DNA from: a virus
Taxonomy: Duplodnaviria > Heunggongvirae > Uroviricota > Caudoviricetes
IMG/VR virus record: IMGVR_UViG_2698536401_000007
Reading direction: 5' to 3' (one strand)
Length of the DNA: 6,665 nt
Shown here: piece after piece, positions 6,086 to 6,665 of the stretch
Layout: every line of letters starts with the position of its first letter
Position numbering within the stretch: position 1 is the first letter of the stretch
Program-made: the position numbers and the translations under genes
Notes under the pieces: model-generated
Told to the model about the DNA's origin: nothing
Databases searched by the model: none
What the model saw: the letters and a program-made list of their open reading frames with translations, nothing else

Positions 6086-6665
6086 ATGAGTGACTATCAT
6101 CATGGCGTGCAGGTGCTGGAGATTAACGACGGCACCCGCGTCATTTCCACCGTATCCACCGCCATTGTCGGCATGGTCTGCACGGCCAGCGATGCGGATG
6201 CGGAAATCTTCCCCCTCAATAAACCGGTGCTGATTACCAATGTGCAGAGCGCAATTGCAAAGGCCGGTAAAAAAGGCACGCTGGCGGCGTCGCTGCAGGC
6301 CATCGCCGACCAGTCAAAACCGGTCACCGTTGTTGTGCGCGTGGAAGACGGCACCGGCGACGACGAGGAAACGAAACTTGCGCAGACCGTTTCCAATATC
6401 ATCGGCACCACCGACGAAAACGGTCAGTACACCGGACTGAAAGCCCTGCTGGCGGCGGAGTCAGTAACCGGTGTTAAACCGCGTATTCTCGGCGTGCCGG
6501 GACTGGACACCAAAGAGGTGGCTGTTGCATTGGCATCAGTCTGTCAGAAGCTGCGCGCTTTCGGATATATCAGCGCATGGGGCTGTAAGACCATTTCCGA
6601 GGTGAAAGCCTACCGCCAGAATTTCAGCCAGCGTGAACTGATGGTTATCTGGCCGGATTTCCTCG
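6086..6665 (+). CDS. FI: Phage tail sheath protein FI (P2 gpFI-like), 5' partial; first 193 codons, continues beyond the window
   Basis: Translation [83 protein letters not shown]... closely matches the N-terminus of P2 tail sheath FI as I recall it. The frame is open from ATG 6086 to the window end. GC-rich, unlike the cargo. Absent from the ORF track only because no stop is reached. Confidence 0.95.
   Translation, partial: MSDYHHGVQVLEINDGTRVISTVSTAIVGMVCTASDADAEIFPLNKPVLITNVQSAIAKAGKKGTLAASLQAIADQSKPVTVVVRVEDGTGDDEETKLAQTVSNIIGTTDENGQYTGLKALLAAESVTGVKPRILGVPGLDTKEVAVALASVCQKLRAFGYISAWGCKTISEVKAYRQNFSQRELMVIWPDFL

Noticed and set aside
6100-6440. ORFs 6100..6411 (minus) and 6240..6440 (plus) inside FI
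   Set aside because: GC-rich alternative-frame artefacts; the FI reading frame gives a strong match to the tail sheath N-terminus.
1-6665. CRISPR arrays, tRNA/rRNA genes, insertion sequences, integrase or attachment sites
   Set aside because: No short regularly spaced direct repeats, no tRNA-like cloverleaf candidates, no transposase- or integrase-like ORFs and no terminal inverted repeats flanking a transposase. The only repeats are the in-gene tail fibre tandem repeat and the intergenic imperfect inverted repeats.

Overview
This window reads as a tail-gene segment of a P2-like prophage in an enterobacterial genome, with about 4.1 kb of AT-rich cargo inserted between the tail fibre assembly gene and the tail sheath gene. 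The phage genes are a tail fibre gene (87..1460, H-like, with two tandem 44-aa repeat units), a tail fibre assembly chaperone (1464..1991, G-like) and the 5' part of tail sheath gene FI (6086 to window end). The cargo (about 1992..6085) sits where P2 carries its Z/fun locus, a known variable position for anti-phage genes. It holds two modules. (i) A minus-strand, translationally coupled two-gene operon (2307..3334): a 145-aa soluble protein whose motif order resembles the DisA_N/diadenylate-cyclase fold but with a non-canonical RHR position, followed by a 197-aa protein with two N-terminal transmembrane helices and a beta-rich C-terminal domain. I cannot assign this pair to a named defence system; it is the best candidate for an undescribed nucleotide-signalling or abortive-infection module. 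(ii) A plus-strand 633-aa protein (3866..5767) with an N-terminal ABC/AAA15-type ATPase and a C-terminal Toprim-like domain, i.e. OLD-family or fused PARIS-like. All domain calls are made by eye from the translations; no searches were run.
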